A DNA stretch of 64,000 nucleotides, from the sequence record OZ035806.1; one strand, 5' to 3'. Each line of letters starts with the position of its first letter. The first letter of the stretch is position 1. This DNA is from Felixounavirus NRG857CP1. The position numbers were made by a program, and so were the translations under genes. The notes below the pieces were generated by a model that worked only from the letters and a program-made list of their open reading frames with translations, made no database searches and had not been told where the DNA came from. Of this stretch, positions 53,727 through 62,594 are shown in pieces.

Positions 53727-55508
53727 ATGACTAAATCACTTTATGCAGTACCAGCAGGTTTAAACGCAGATGCTTACAAATCTGGTCACATTTACCAGTA
53801 TCCTAGTGCAACAGAATACTTGATGTTCAACCTGACACCACGTAGTGATAAATGGTTTAACAGCCCTTTAGCAATTGACGGTGTAGTGGCTTTTGGTATT
53901 CAACGTTTTGTTAAAGATTACTTGATAGACCACTGGAATGCCACTTTCTTTGAACGTGATAAAAAAGAAGCCATTGATGAAATCTTAGAAGTCATGAATG
54001 GTGTTCTGGGTAAAGATGCTATCGGTCGAGAGCATTGGGAAGCACTTCACGACTTAGGTTATCTACCAGTTGAAGTATACGCTGTAGAAGAAGGCACAGT
54101 TGTTCCAATGCGTGTCCCGATGATTGTCTTTCAGAACACTGTTTCAGGTTTTCATTGGGTAGCAGGTTATCTGGAAGATGCTTTCTCTGCTGAAATTTGG
54201 AAGGCTTGCACCATTGCAACTATTGCATTGCATTACAAACGCATCTGTAAGAAGTGGGCTGAACTTACTTGTGACAATGACTTACATTTACCTTATCAGT
54301 GCCATGATTTTGCTATGCGTGGTATGTCCGGCTTTACTGATGACGCATTTAACGCTGTAGGCCACTTAACCAGCTTTAAAGGAACTGATAGCTTCCCTGC
54401 TGTGTATACGGCTAAACGAATCTATGGACAGCCTTACCCAATCTCTGATATTGGTAGCTCTGTACCAGCCACTGAGCACTCTGTAATGTGTGCAAACATT
54501 GCTTGGGAAGGTGGTAATGAGTTGATTGAAGAAGAAAGACGCTTTAAAGGTGAGTTACAAACCTTCCGTCGCTTCTTAACAGAAACTTACCCAACTGGTA
54601 TTGCAAGTGTTGTTTCAGACACTTATAACTTCTGGAGAACTGTGTCAGAAATTTTACCAGCACTTCGTAAAGAAATTATGGAACGTGATGGCAAACTGGT
54701 AATTCGTCCTGACTCTGGAGACCCTGTACATATTGTCACAGGTTATAAAGCAATCCACTTAGAATGTGCTAAGAAGGCTTATTATGAACATCTTAGCAAG
54801 CTGGAAGCTAGTGATACAATGCTAAGCTCTGTCCTGAACATGAAGCTTGAAAACATCAACTATGGTATTGCTGGATGGCTACTGTCAGAAGGCTACGAAA
54901 TGGTTGTTGACAGAGAAGACTTTGAAGTTGCTGATACAGTGATGTTGAAAAATGCTTATATGGTTGGTTCTGCAAACGTTGTAACACGTCCTATAGCTGA
55001 GATTGATGGAGCTATTAAGACTCTGTATAACATCTTTGGAGGAACTATTAACTCTAAAGGTTTTAAGGTACTTGATGAGCACATTGGCCTTATCTATGGC
55101 GACTCTATCACGTTGGAACGTGCAAACGAAATCCTGAAGCGTCTGTATGAAATGGGTTTTGCAAGCTCTAACGTAGTTTTTGGTGTAGGTTCTTACACTT
55201 ATCAGTACATGACTCGTGACACCTTTGCATTTGCTGTTAAAGCAACTCTTGCAAGCATCGGTGGTAAAGAGATTATGCTTGCAAAAGACCCTAAAACAGA
55301 TAGTGGTGTTAAGAAATCTGCCTTTGGTGGTGTAGCACCTATGTGGGATGGTGATAAGCTGAAAGCTGTAGATGGCTACGGATTCCAGAGTTTTGCAGAT
55401 GTACTTGACCACCCAGCTTGTGCTTTACGTTTAGTCTTTAGTGACTCTGAGCAGTTTGGTTACACAACTCTTGGTGATATTCGAAATAATATTGACAAGC
55501 AGCTTTAA
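53727..55508 (+). CDS. nicotinamide phosphoribosyltransferase (Nampt) family protein; candidate nicotinamide ADP-ribose transferase
   Basis: Nampt-family blocks: DAYKSGHIYQYP, CHDFAMRGMSGF...FKGTDSFPAV, SVPATEHSVM, SVVSDTYNFW, VIRPDSGDPVHIV, GLIYGDSI; 593 aa, longer than typical Nampt. Confidence 0.8.
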   Translation: MTKSLYAVPAGLNADAYKSGHIYQYPSATEYLMFNLTPRSDKWFNSPLAIDGVVAFGIQRFVKDYLIDHWNATFFERDKKEAIDEILEVMNGVLGKDAIGREHWEALHDLGYLPVEVYAVEEGTVVPMRVPMIVFQNTVSGFHWVAGYLEDAFSAEIWKACTIATIALHYKRICKKWAELTCDNDLHLPYQCHDFAMRGMSGFTDDAFNAVGHLTSFKGTDSFPAVYTAKRIYGQPYPISDIGSSVPATEHSVMCANIAWEGGNELIEEERRFKGELQTFRRFLTETYPTGIASVVSDTYNFWRTVSEILPALRKEIMERDGKLVIRPDSGDPVHIVTGYKAIHLECAKKAYYEHLSKLEASDTMLSSVLNMKLENINYGIAGWLLSEGYEMVVDREDFEVADTVMLKNAYMVGSANVVTRPIAEIDGAIKTLYNIFGGTINSKGFKVLDEHIGLIYGDSITLERANEILKRLYEMGFASSNVVFGVGSYTYQYMTRDTFAFAVKATLASIGGKEIMLAKDPKTDSGVKKSAFGGVAPMWDGDKLKAVDGYGFQSFADVLDHPACALRLVFSDSEQFGYTTLGDIRNNIDKQL

Positions 55509-55522
55509 AAGTATATGATAAG

Positions 55523-55545
55523 AGGCTCCTACGGGAGCCTTTTTA
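55523..55545 (+). terminator. intrinsic terminator
   Basis: stem aggctcc / ggagcct with tacg loop, then tttt. Confidence 0.6.
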
Positions 55546-55561
55546 ATTTCTGGAGAAAACT

Positions 55562-55897
55562 ATGAAAATCAAAGAGATGAACATCAACATTGTCTTAGAA
55601 GAACGTTGGGAGAACATCAAGAAGCCTGAAGATGGTCATAAGTTCCTTAACAAAATCTTGGTAGCAGCTAAAGAAGAACTGACTGGCAAGGTCGCAGCAG
55701 CAATCACAATAAAGGTCTGCGTAAAAGGTCTTCCGCAACATCACCAATTTGCACTTGACGAGTTTAAAGAGAGCTTCTACAATCCAAACAAACAGATGCT
55801 TGAAAGTAACTTTGCAGTGTCTACAAGTATTGTCCATGACAGAAGCTTTATCCTTTACAAGAATATGAGAGGTGAGTCATGCAAGCATATTGGATAG
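55562..55897 (+). CDS. hypothetical protein
   Basis: 111 aa ORF. Confidence 0.35.
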   Translation: MKIKEMNINIVLEERWENIKKPEDGHKFLNKILVAAKEELTGKVAAAITIKVCVKGLPQHHQFALDEFKESFYNPNKQMLESNFAVSTSIVHDRSFILYKNMRGESCKHIG

Positions 55898-56055
55898 AAA
55901 TTTTACTGTCACTTGGTAGTGTAGCAGTATTTGTTTACCTCCTTTGTAAGTACTTTGCAGAGCACAAAAAATGTGACTACTGTAATGGAGAGGGGTACAT
56001 AAGGGCAGGATGTTGCCCTATGTGTGGTGGTTCTGGTAAAATGTTTAATAAGTAA
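55879..56055 (+). CDS. small membrane-anchored zinc-finger protein (58 aa, below ORF-track cutoff)
   Basis: Translates to MQAYWIEILLSLGSVAVFVYLLCKYFAEHKKCDYCNGEGYIRAGCCPMCGGSGKMFNK: one TM helix plus CxxCxGxG...CxxCxGxG DnaJ-type zinc motif. Confidence 0.3.
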   Translation: MQAYWIEILLSLGSVAVFVYLLCKYFAEHKKCDYCNGEGYIRAGCCPMCGGSGKMFNK

Positions 56056-56083
56056 TTTAACAGTAAACTGAGAGGAAAGTATT

Positions 56084-58450
56084 ATGCGCATGGTAAACGA
56101 CCACGCAGAAGTGATTAAGAGTTCAACTTCTTTAGAGACGTCTCAAGCACAGATTACAATGACACCTGAAATGTTCAGCCTTTTGAGTTCTGGTGTATAT
56201 ACCTTTAAAGAAAGGGCAGTGATTCGTGAACTGTCATGTAACGCAGTAGATGCTCAGAAAGAAGCTGGAAAAGAGAATATCCCGTTCCATGTGCATTTAC
56301 CTACTCGTTTTGAGCCTTACTTTGAAGTCCGTGATTTTGGAACTGGATTGACTCATGATAAAGTTATGAGTTTGTACCTAAACTACGGGGCTTCTACGAA
56401 GAATGACTCTAATGATTACATTGGTGCAATGGGTATCGGCTCAAAATCTCCATTTGCAATTGCTCAGTCATTCACAGTATCTAGCTATGTTGACGGTGTT
56501 GTTAATAAGTACTCAGTTTACCTTGAGAATGGTATCCCTCAAGTAACTAAGCTTACTACCAACCCAACAAAGGAACCTAATGGCTTAGCTGTACGTGTAG
56601 CAGTTGCTGACCATCGTATCTCAAAATTCTTTGAAGAAGCTGGTCACGTATACTCATACTTTGCTGTAAAACCAGAAAGCAATATCGAGTATGACGATGT
56701 ATTAGCAGATATGAACGTCATTGCCCGTGAAGAAGGTGTTTATGATGCCATGATTCATAAGCAAAGCTGGCGTTCTAGTAGTAACAGGACAGAGTTTAAT
56801 GTGGTGATGGGTAACATTGCATACCCTGTTAACATGGAAGCATTACTTGGTGATGATTTCTTCAAAGTCTTGCCAGAATTTTTCCGTAGGAGCGTAGACC
56901 TTGTAAACATCTACATGCCTATTGGTTCAGTTGCTATTGCAGCTTCTCGTGAAGCATTGCAGATGAATGACACGACAAAAAATGTTATCATTGAGGCTAC
57001 TAAAAAGATAACTGAAGCAATTACAAAGGATGTTATCAAGAAAGTTAATAGCCAACCTACACTCATGGATGCTGCACAGGCTTATGCTGAGTTACGTTTG
57101 AACTCACGAGAGATGTTTAATGCTGTGTGTACAAAGCTAGAGTGGGGAGGTGTTAAGCTTGATTCTCTGGAAGAAGAATTACTAAACATTCGTCGTGGAA
57201 TTATCTACGCAGAGGACGGCTCAGTCATCTATGAACGTGACGGCAAAGGTAATATTAAGGTTGACAGTAAAGGAAACAACATTCCTAAAGTGGACTACCT
57301 ATACAATCCAGTTGCTTATGTTAAGTTCAACTCTTTAGAGAGTAAGATTCGTGCAACAGCACTTTCCTACACTCAAGAGGCGAGCATGTTCAATATCTTT
57401 GGTGCAATGCGTAAAAGTCAAATTGAACAGTTTTTGTTCGTGATTAATGACCGTCGCAATAAAAACGGTACTGAGAAGACTGTAGGACGCAATCAAATCT
57501 TGCGTGGTGCATGTCGAGATTATGCCAGTGAGTCGAATCTGTTTCACAGATACAATGGTATTGTGTTTGTATTCTCGACTGAAAAAGAGTTAGATGATTT
57601 AATCAATCTACATAAACTTGATAAAAGCTTGTTAAAGATTGTGAAAATGTCTGATAAGGAGCACCATTACCAGCGCAAAGAAGCTGTAAGGGGTGTTGTA
57701 AAACTCTGGAAAGCTGTTCCAGCAGAAGGTGTAGCTTCCTATAAAGAGGTTTCAGAGGACTTTGATACAATTGAAGAACCTCAGCTTTACATTAAGGCAG
57801 TTGGTGACACAGTTGATGGCGAATGTTTTTGCTCATCTCCAGAAGATGTAGCCAAGTCAGTTGCTAATGTTACAGGGAAGACAGTCTATGTTTTCCGAAA
57901 AGCAAATTGGAAAAAGATACCAGAAGACTGGATTGAAGTAGATGAGAAACTCTTGAACGACAGCTTAACTGATGTTCATTGGATTAATCATAACAGGTAT
58001 ATGACACGTATCTATATGAATGGTGTCCTTGACCTTACAAGCAGTTGGATTATTGCCAGAAACTTTACGTTCAATAACAGGAAGATTTCTCGTGGCTATT
58101 GCTATTCACGGGATACAAACAAAACTATCTTCCTAGAAGGAAATGAAGATGCTGTAGAGGCAATGTTCGGTAAAATCCAATACGTTGCTGCACCATTTGC
58201 ATACACTTATACTATTAGTGTATTGAAAACTTTGAAAGACTGTCTTGACAATGATACAAAGCTTTACAAGAAAATTAAGAAAGCTGGTGACCGTATGGTC
58301 ATTAAGGTGACAAACTACCTTTCAAAAAGAAAACAAGAAAACTTCTTGCTTTCTCATTTAGATTGGAATAAAGTGTCACCCATCGAAGTGAGTAAGTTCT
58401 TAGGCTTTGATGTAAAATGTGTTCCAGAAGGGACTACAATTTATGATTAA
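56084..58450 (+). CDS. rIIA: rIIA-like protein with N-terminal GHKL-type ATPase domain
   Basis: GHKL boxes: ELSCNAVDA (N box), VRDFGTGL (G1), GAMGIGSKS (G2); 788 aa, size and architecture as T4 rIIA. Confidence 0.5.
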   Translation: MRMVNDHAEVIKSSTSLETSQAQITMTPEMFSLLSSGVYTFKERAVIRELSCNAVDAQKEAGKENIPFHVHLPTRFEPYFEVRDFGTGLTHDKVMSLYLNYGASTKNDSNDYIGAMGIGSKSPFAIAQSFTVSSYVDGVVNKYSVYLENGIPQVTKLTTNPTKEPNGLAVRVAVADHRISKFFEEAGHVYSYFAVKPESNIEYDDVLADMNVIAREEGVYDAMIHKQSWRSSSNRTEFNVVMGNIAYPVNMEALLGDDFFKVLPEFFRRSVDLVNIYMPIGSVAIAASREALQMNDTTKNVIIEATKKITEAITKDVIKKVNSQPTLMDAAQAYAELRLNSREMFNAVCTKLEWGGVKLDSLEEELLNIRRGIIYAEDGSVIYERDGKGNIKVDSKGNNIPKVDYLYNPVAYVKFNSLESKIRATALSYTQEASMFNIFGAMRKSQIEQFLFVINDRRNKNGTEKTVGRNQILRGACRDYASESNLFHRYNGIVFVFSTEKELDDLINLHKLDKSLLKIVKMSDKEHHYQRKEAVRGVVKLWKAVPAEGVASYKEVSEDFDTIEEPQLYIKAVGDTVDGECFCSSPEDVAKSVANVTGKTVYVFRKANWKKIPEDWIEVDEKLLNDSLTDVHWINHNRYMTRIYMNGVLDLTSSWIIARNFTFNNRKISRGYCYSRDTNKTIFLEGNEDAVEAMFGKIQYVAAPFAYTYTISVLKTLKDCLDNDTKLYKKIKKAGDRMVIKVTNYLSKRKQENFLLSHLDWNKVSPIEVSKFLGFDVKCVPEGTTIYD

Positions 58451-58455
58451 AGTGT

Positions 58456-58485
58456 TTGACAAGGGGCTTTGAAGCCCCTTAAAAT
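58456..58485 (+). promoter_or_regulatory. sigma70-like promoter candidate with hairpin in spacer (TTGACA-18-TAAAAT)
   Basis: ttgaca at 58456-58461, -10 taaaat at 58480-58485; spacer contains the palindrome aggggcttt/gaagcccct. Confidence 0.35.
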
Positions 58486-58529
58486 AGCATCACAAAATGA
58501 TTTATTAACTAACAAGAGAGAGTAATAAG

Positions 58530-59639
58530 ATGACTACTAAAACTAAAGCACAGATTGACGCAGAAATTTACAAACTGGTTAAAGAGGGCAAGCTGACTAA
58601 AACCGCTATTGCACAGAAATTTAACACCTCAACCCGTTCAGTCGGTCGTGCTGTAGAGCGTCATGAAGCAACCTTAAAAGGGAATAAGAAGGTGACTTCT
58701 ACACCAGCTACGAAGACTTTGAAGCAAGTTGCCAAGACCTTTAAAAAGAAAGCTGGCAAACCAGTTGAAAAGGTCGTTAAAGATGCTGTACAGAAAGCTC
58801 CAGTAAATAAACTACATGAAGCTATGCAGAAAGATGACAAGATTGAGTACATGATTACTGGTGACTCTGTAATTATGACTTACGGTTCAGAATCTGAAAT
58901 TGTTGAGTCTACTCATCCGAACTATCAAGAGATTGTAGTTCATGTTGTGAAAGGTGAGTTCAAGAAAGCTTTCGAACTGATGAACATTCGTAAGTCTATC
59001 GAAAACTTCACTCAGGGTGCTATCACAATCAAAGGTGACAAGTTATTCTACGGTGCTGTTGAGATGCGTTCTACTCTGGTTGACCGTATTCTTCACATGA
59101 TGAAGACTGGAGATAAAGGTTTTGAACGCCTTGTAATGTTCTTTGAAAAACTGATGGAAAACCCATCTAAAGATTCCGTAGAACAACTTTGGGGCTTCGT
59201 ATCTCACCTTGATGTTGAAATTGATGAAGAAGGCTACATCATTGGTTGGAAGAAAGTCTCTACTCGTGAAGGCAAGCTGGTTGACTCCCACACCTACAGA
59301 GTACCTAATGATTTGGGTAACATTGTAGAAATGCCACGTTGGATGGTTGATAATAACCGTAACGTGACTTGCTCTCAAGGTCTTCACGTTGGTGCTTGGG
59401 ATTATGTTCGCTGCTTCTCAGGTGATACAATTCTTAAGGTTCGTGTTCATCCACGAGACGTTGTATCCGTACCAACTGATTACAACGATATGAAGATGCG
59501 TTCATCACGTTATGAAGTTGCAGCAATCGTTGATAATCAACGTAAAGTACTGAAAGCATGGGATGGTAAGACTGAAGCTTTACATGTCATCGTTGGTACT
59601 GCTGGTGAACTTATCTCTCAGCGTAAACGTGAAAGCTAA
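58530..59639 (+). CDS. hypothetical protein, possible rIIB-like by position
   Basis: 369 aa ORF immediately after the rIIA-like gene, own promoter-like element and terminator; no motif support. Confidence 0.3.
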   Translation: MTTKTKAQIDAEIYKLVKEGKLTKTAIAQKFNTSTRSVGRAVERHEATLKGNKKVTSTPATKTLKQVAKTFKKKAGKPVEKVVKDAVQKAPVNKLHEAMQKDDKIEYMITGDSVIMTYGSESEIVESTHPNYQEIVVHVVKGEFKKAFELMNIRKSIENFTQGAITIKGDKLFYGAVEMRSTLVDRILHMMKTGDKGFERLVMFFEKLMENPSKDSVEQLWGFVSHLDVEIDEEGYIIGWKKVSTREGKLVDSHTYRVPNDLGNIVEMPRWMVDNNRNVTCSQGLHVGAWDYVRCFSGDTILKVRVHPRDVVSVPTDYNDMKMRSSRYEVAAIVDNQRKVLKAWDGKTEALHVIVGTAGELISQRKRES

Positions 59640-59654
59640 TAAGTAATTTCTTAA

Positions 59655-59678
59655 AAGGCTGCTTCGGCGGCCTTTTTT
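59655..59678 (+). terminator. intrinsic terminator
   Basis: stem aaggctgc / gcggcctt (one G-U), loop ttcg, then tttttt. Confidence 0.55.
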
Positions 59679-59739
59679 ATTTGTGTTTTGTGCAGAGTGC
59701 TGTATAATTGTTGTCACGATAAACTAAACAGGAGAACCA

Positions 59740-60288
59740 ATGAAGAAATTGATTCTAGGTTTGTGCTTAATGTTTACAGCACACTTATCTTATGCAGTTG
59801 ACTGCCCAGAGCTATCAATTAGCCAAAAAGTAAACATGTTAAAAGCTTACCAGTATGGTGAGAATAACATGGGTAAAGGTTGGGGTATAACTCTAGCTGC
59901 TATAGCCTTACAAGAGTCAGAGTTAGGTCTGAAGGTAGAGAATAAAAAGACACATGATTATGGTATTTTCCAGAATCACTTGAAGACTGTTGTAAAGCGT
60001 AACAAAATTAGCCCTAATGTGGCTAAAAAGAAACTCTTAAAAGATTTTGACTATGCTGCGAAGGAAACGCACAAAGAACTTGAGTTTTGGACAAAGGTGC
60101 ATGGTCAGCCAAAGTCAAAGAGGACTTTACAAAAAGTTTTAGCATCATATAATGCTGGGTATTCGTACAGAATCCCTAAAGCTAAGAAGTATTCTCAAGA
60201 TGTCTATAACAACATGAAAGTTATTGCTCAATGTGAATTTGCAACAAACATTTCTAAGGTAAATCATGAAAAAATTAAGAAAGTCTGA
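59740..60288 (+). CDS. secreted lytic transglycosylase-like protein (endolysin candidate)
   Basis: Signal peptide MKKLILGLCLMFTAHLSYA; SLT-like catalytic region AIALQESELG...DYGIFQN. Confidence 0.4.
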   Translation: MKKLILGLCLMFTAHLSYAVDCPELSISQKVNMLKAYQYGENNMGKGWGITLAAIALQESELGLKVENKKTHDYGIFQNHLKTVVKRNKISPNVAKKKLLKDFDYAAKETHKELEFWTKVHGQPKSKRTLQKVLASYNAGYSYRIPKAKKYSQDVYNNMKVIAQCEFATNISKVNHEKIKKV

Positions 60289-60961
60289 TGAAGTACTGTG
60301 TCATGCTTATGACTTACATCCTCATGAGTTAGGTCTTGATTCCTGTGTATGGACTCCAGAACAGTGTAGGGATTTTGAAGACACCGCAAGAGAGGTTGTA
60401 TGTTCACTCGAAGAGTTCCACACATCAGAGCCAATTGTTAATGTTGTAGATAAAGAGACTGGACAAGCTATAGGTGTAAGTCGTGATAGCTTAGTCATAG
60501 TCAATAAAGACCTTGTAGAAAAAGGGAATCTCATCTTAGCAGATATTGATGGTGTTCTTACAAATTTTAATCACGAAGATTGTTCAACGGAATTGACTGA
60601 CGGTTCATTCTCGCAGTATACCAATCTTCTTGATTCTGTAAGAGCAAAGCCGACGTATGTTTTCAATATCATTGATGCAATTGCTAATCATGCTGCTGTT
60701 GGACTCTTGACAGCGAGAGGTGAATCTCAGAGAATACCTACTGAGATGTTTTTAAGGCACAACATAGAGCATGACTACATGCTTTTTATGCGTGGTTTTG
60801 GAACTAACTCTATAAGTGCAGAAAGTTTGAAAGTGAGGATGATTCAGTCTTGCATCCTGCCTTACTTTAATATAGTATGTTTTATAGAAGACACAGAGAA
60901 GAATGTGCAGAAGGTGAACAGAATCCTTCCACACATTAAAACCATGTTAGTTAAACATTGA
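60266..60961 (+). CDS. HAD-superfamily hydrolase-like protein (putative phosphatase/nucleotidase)
   Basis: HAD motif I-like LILADIDGVLTNF (DxDG[TV]) and C-terminal acidic motif IEDTEKNV. Confidence 0.4.
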   Translation: MKKLRKSDEVLCHAYDLHPHELGLDSCVWTPEQCRDFEDTAREVVCSLEEFHTSEPIVNVVDKETGQAIGVSRDSLVIVNKDLVEKGNLILADIDGVLTNFNHEDCSTELTDGSFSQYTNLLDSVRAKPTYVFNIIDAIANHAAVGLLTARGESQRIPTEMFLRHNIEHDYMLFMRGFGTNSISAESLKVRMIQSCILPYFNIVCFIEDTEKNVQKVNRILPHIKTMLVKH

Positions 60962-60971
60962 GAGAAAACTT

Positions 60972-61436
60972 ATGAACAATATCATTACGGTAGCACTGGA
61001 CGATACGGTAAACAAATCTGCAATAGTTCGTAAAATGATTCAAGGTAACTTTGAAGGTAAAATTTTTCGTGCTGTTAATGTAAAAGCTGATGGCAGCATT
61101 CGTGAATATCGTGCATTATTGAATGTTAAAAAACACGTAAAAGGTGCTGGTTCAACTACTGCACACAAAGAAAACCTGATGACTATCTATGATATGGGCA
61201 AGGCTTCAGAGTTAGGTGCTGAAGGTATCGTTAAAGAAGGTGCTCCGTATCGCTCTTTCAATCTGGAAACTACTCTTATGCTTTCCTTTACAAGTGGTTC
61301 TAAAACAATCACTTATCTCTTTACTGATGCTGCAACGGTATCTGCTATTAAGGATAGCACTGTCAAAGCTGGCGTAGTTGCTGCTGCAAAAGCTTCTTCG
61401 ATGGCTGCGAATATCCTTGCTAAAGTCCTCGGTTAA
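60972..61436 (+). CDS. hypothetical protein
   Basis: 154 aa ORF followed by terminator. Confidence 0.4.
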   Translation: MNNIITVALDDTVNKSAIVRKMIQGNFEGKIFRAVNVKADGSIREYRALLNVKKHVKGAGSTTAHKENLMTIYDMGKASELGAEGIVKEGAPYRSFNLETTLMLSFTSGSKTITYLFTDAATVSAIKDSTVKAGVVAAAKASSMAANILAKVLG

Positions 61437-61447
61437 GGTTAAGATAC

Positions 61448-61470
61448 AGGCTCCTTCGGGAGCCTTTTTC
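61448..61470 (+). terminator. intrinsic terminator
   Basis: stem aggctcc / ggagcct with ttcg loop, then ttttt. Confidence 0.6.
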
Positions 61471-61488
61471 ATTTTAGGAGATTGTTAA

Positions 61489-61836
61489 ATGACATTTAAA
61501 GAGTTCTGTCAAGCTACTTTCATAATTGTTTTCTTAGTTGGTGCAGGTGTCTGGGGAGGATACTCTTACAGAGACTATCAAGTTGCTGAAACTGAGCTAA
61601 ATAATGAGAAACTAATAAGTGTTGCTAAAGATGCTTATCAGGAAGGTTTAGCCACACTCAGCACCAATTACAAAAATGATTTGAAAGATGTGCTTGCTAA
61701 GAATAAGCATACAAAAGAGGTACTAACATATGAAAAAACTAAGCCAGAGTTTTATAATGTTTGTGTTACTGATAACTATGTCAGGGTGTTCAACGAACAA
61801 AGTGAGCAGTACATTCAAAAACTCCCAAGTAAGTGA
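61489..61836 (+). CDS. i-spanin-like protein (Rz-like, N-terminal TM anchor)
   Basis: N-terminal TM FIIVFLVGAGVWGG then helical periplasmic-like domain; 3' end overlapped out of frame by a lipoprotein ORF. Confidence 0.4.
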   Translation: MTFKEFCQATFIIVFLVGAGVWGGYSYRDYQVAETELNNEKLISVAKDAYQEGLATLSTNYKNDLKDVLAKNKHTKEVLTYEKTKPEFYNVCVTDNYVRVFNEQSEQYIQKLPSK

Positions 61837-61999
61837 GGGTGATAAGTACACCCAAGAAGAATCACGGTATATCATCAAAGGCAACACAGGCAGCGATGTA
61901 GCAGCAGCCCTTGAGTTCTATCGTGACGGCTTTTACCAGTGCACAATCAAAGCTAACAACCTTATTGACATGATTTTATTAGGGAATAAGCAGCAATGA
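61730..61999 (+). CDS. o-spanin-like outer-membrane lipoprotein (Rz1-like)
   Basis: Signal MKKLSQSFIMFVLLITMSGC with lipobox ITMSGC; starts inside the i-spanin-like gene in another frame. Confidence 0.4.
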   Translation: MKKLSQSFIMFVLLITMSGCSTNKVSSTFKNSQVSEGDKYTQEESRYIIKGNTGSDVAAALEFYRDGFYQCTIKANNLIDMILLGNKQQ

Positions 62000-62265
62000 C
62001 AGAGAATCAAGATACTTTTTACGTAGAAGGGTACTTACTGTTACCACGACCAAAAGAGACTTATATGCGAATTGATTTCTCACCAACCATTATGGATAAT
62101 GTGATGTGCCATATCTTTATGCAAGGTGTCACAGCACAGCTTAAACATGTTGGTAAAGAGTGCAAAATAAAGGTTGACACTCATCCAGAAATCAAAGAGA
62201 ATCACTACACATGGTTCTTACCAGATTCTAAAGAAATCTTAGCAGTTCTTAAAACGAGGAAGTAA
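61996..62265 (+). CDS. hypothetical protein
   Basis: 89 aa ORF, translationally coupled. Confidence 0.3.
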   Translation: MTENQDTFYVEGYLLLPRPKETYMRIDFSPTIMDNVMCHIFMQGVTAQLKHVGKECKIKVDTHPEIKENHYTWFLPDSKEILAVLKTRK

Positions 62266-62267
62266 CT

Positions 62268-62594
62268 ATGCAGATTAATGGAAGAGACTTTGTAGCCGTT
62301 TACTATGAGAAAGGTAAAGAAGTTGGCGTAGCACAAGTATCTTATGGCAATGGTAAGTGGCTATATGGAACAATCGCAGTAGTAGGAACAAGAAGTGATA
62401 CAAAAACCTTTAAAGATTGTGTTGACCTTCTTGAAGAATCCATCCAGAATCATTGGTGTCTGATATGGATGACTGATAACGAAGTGATGGAGCGTTTCAA
62501 AAAGATTGATATCAACATTGACAGTATTGAGCATGTTGATTTATATGAACTAACTGAGAAGGTAAACTATGAAAGTAATACTAGCCAGAGATAA
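62268..62594 (+). CDS. hypothetical protein
   Basis: 108 aa ORF. Confidence 0.3.
   Translation: MQINGRDFVAVYYEKGKEVGVAQVSYGNGKWLYGTIAVVGTRSDTKTFKDCVDLLEESIQNHWCLIWMTDNEVMERFKKIDINIDSIEHVDLYELTEKVNYESNTSQR

Noticed and set aside
58461-58478. Perfect hairpin aggggcttt/gaagcccct as an intrinsic terminator for the rIIA-like gene
   Set aside because: No U-tract follows on either strand; it sits between TTGACA and TAAAAT hexamers, so it is more likely part of a promoter or operator than a terminator.
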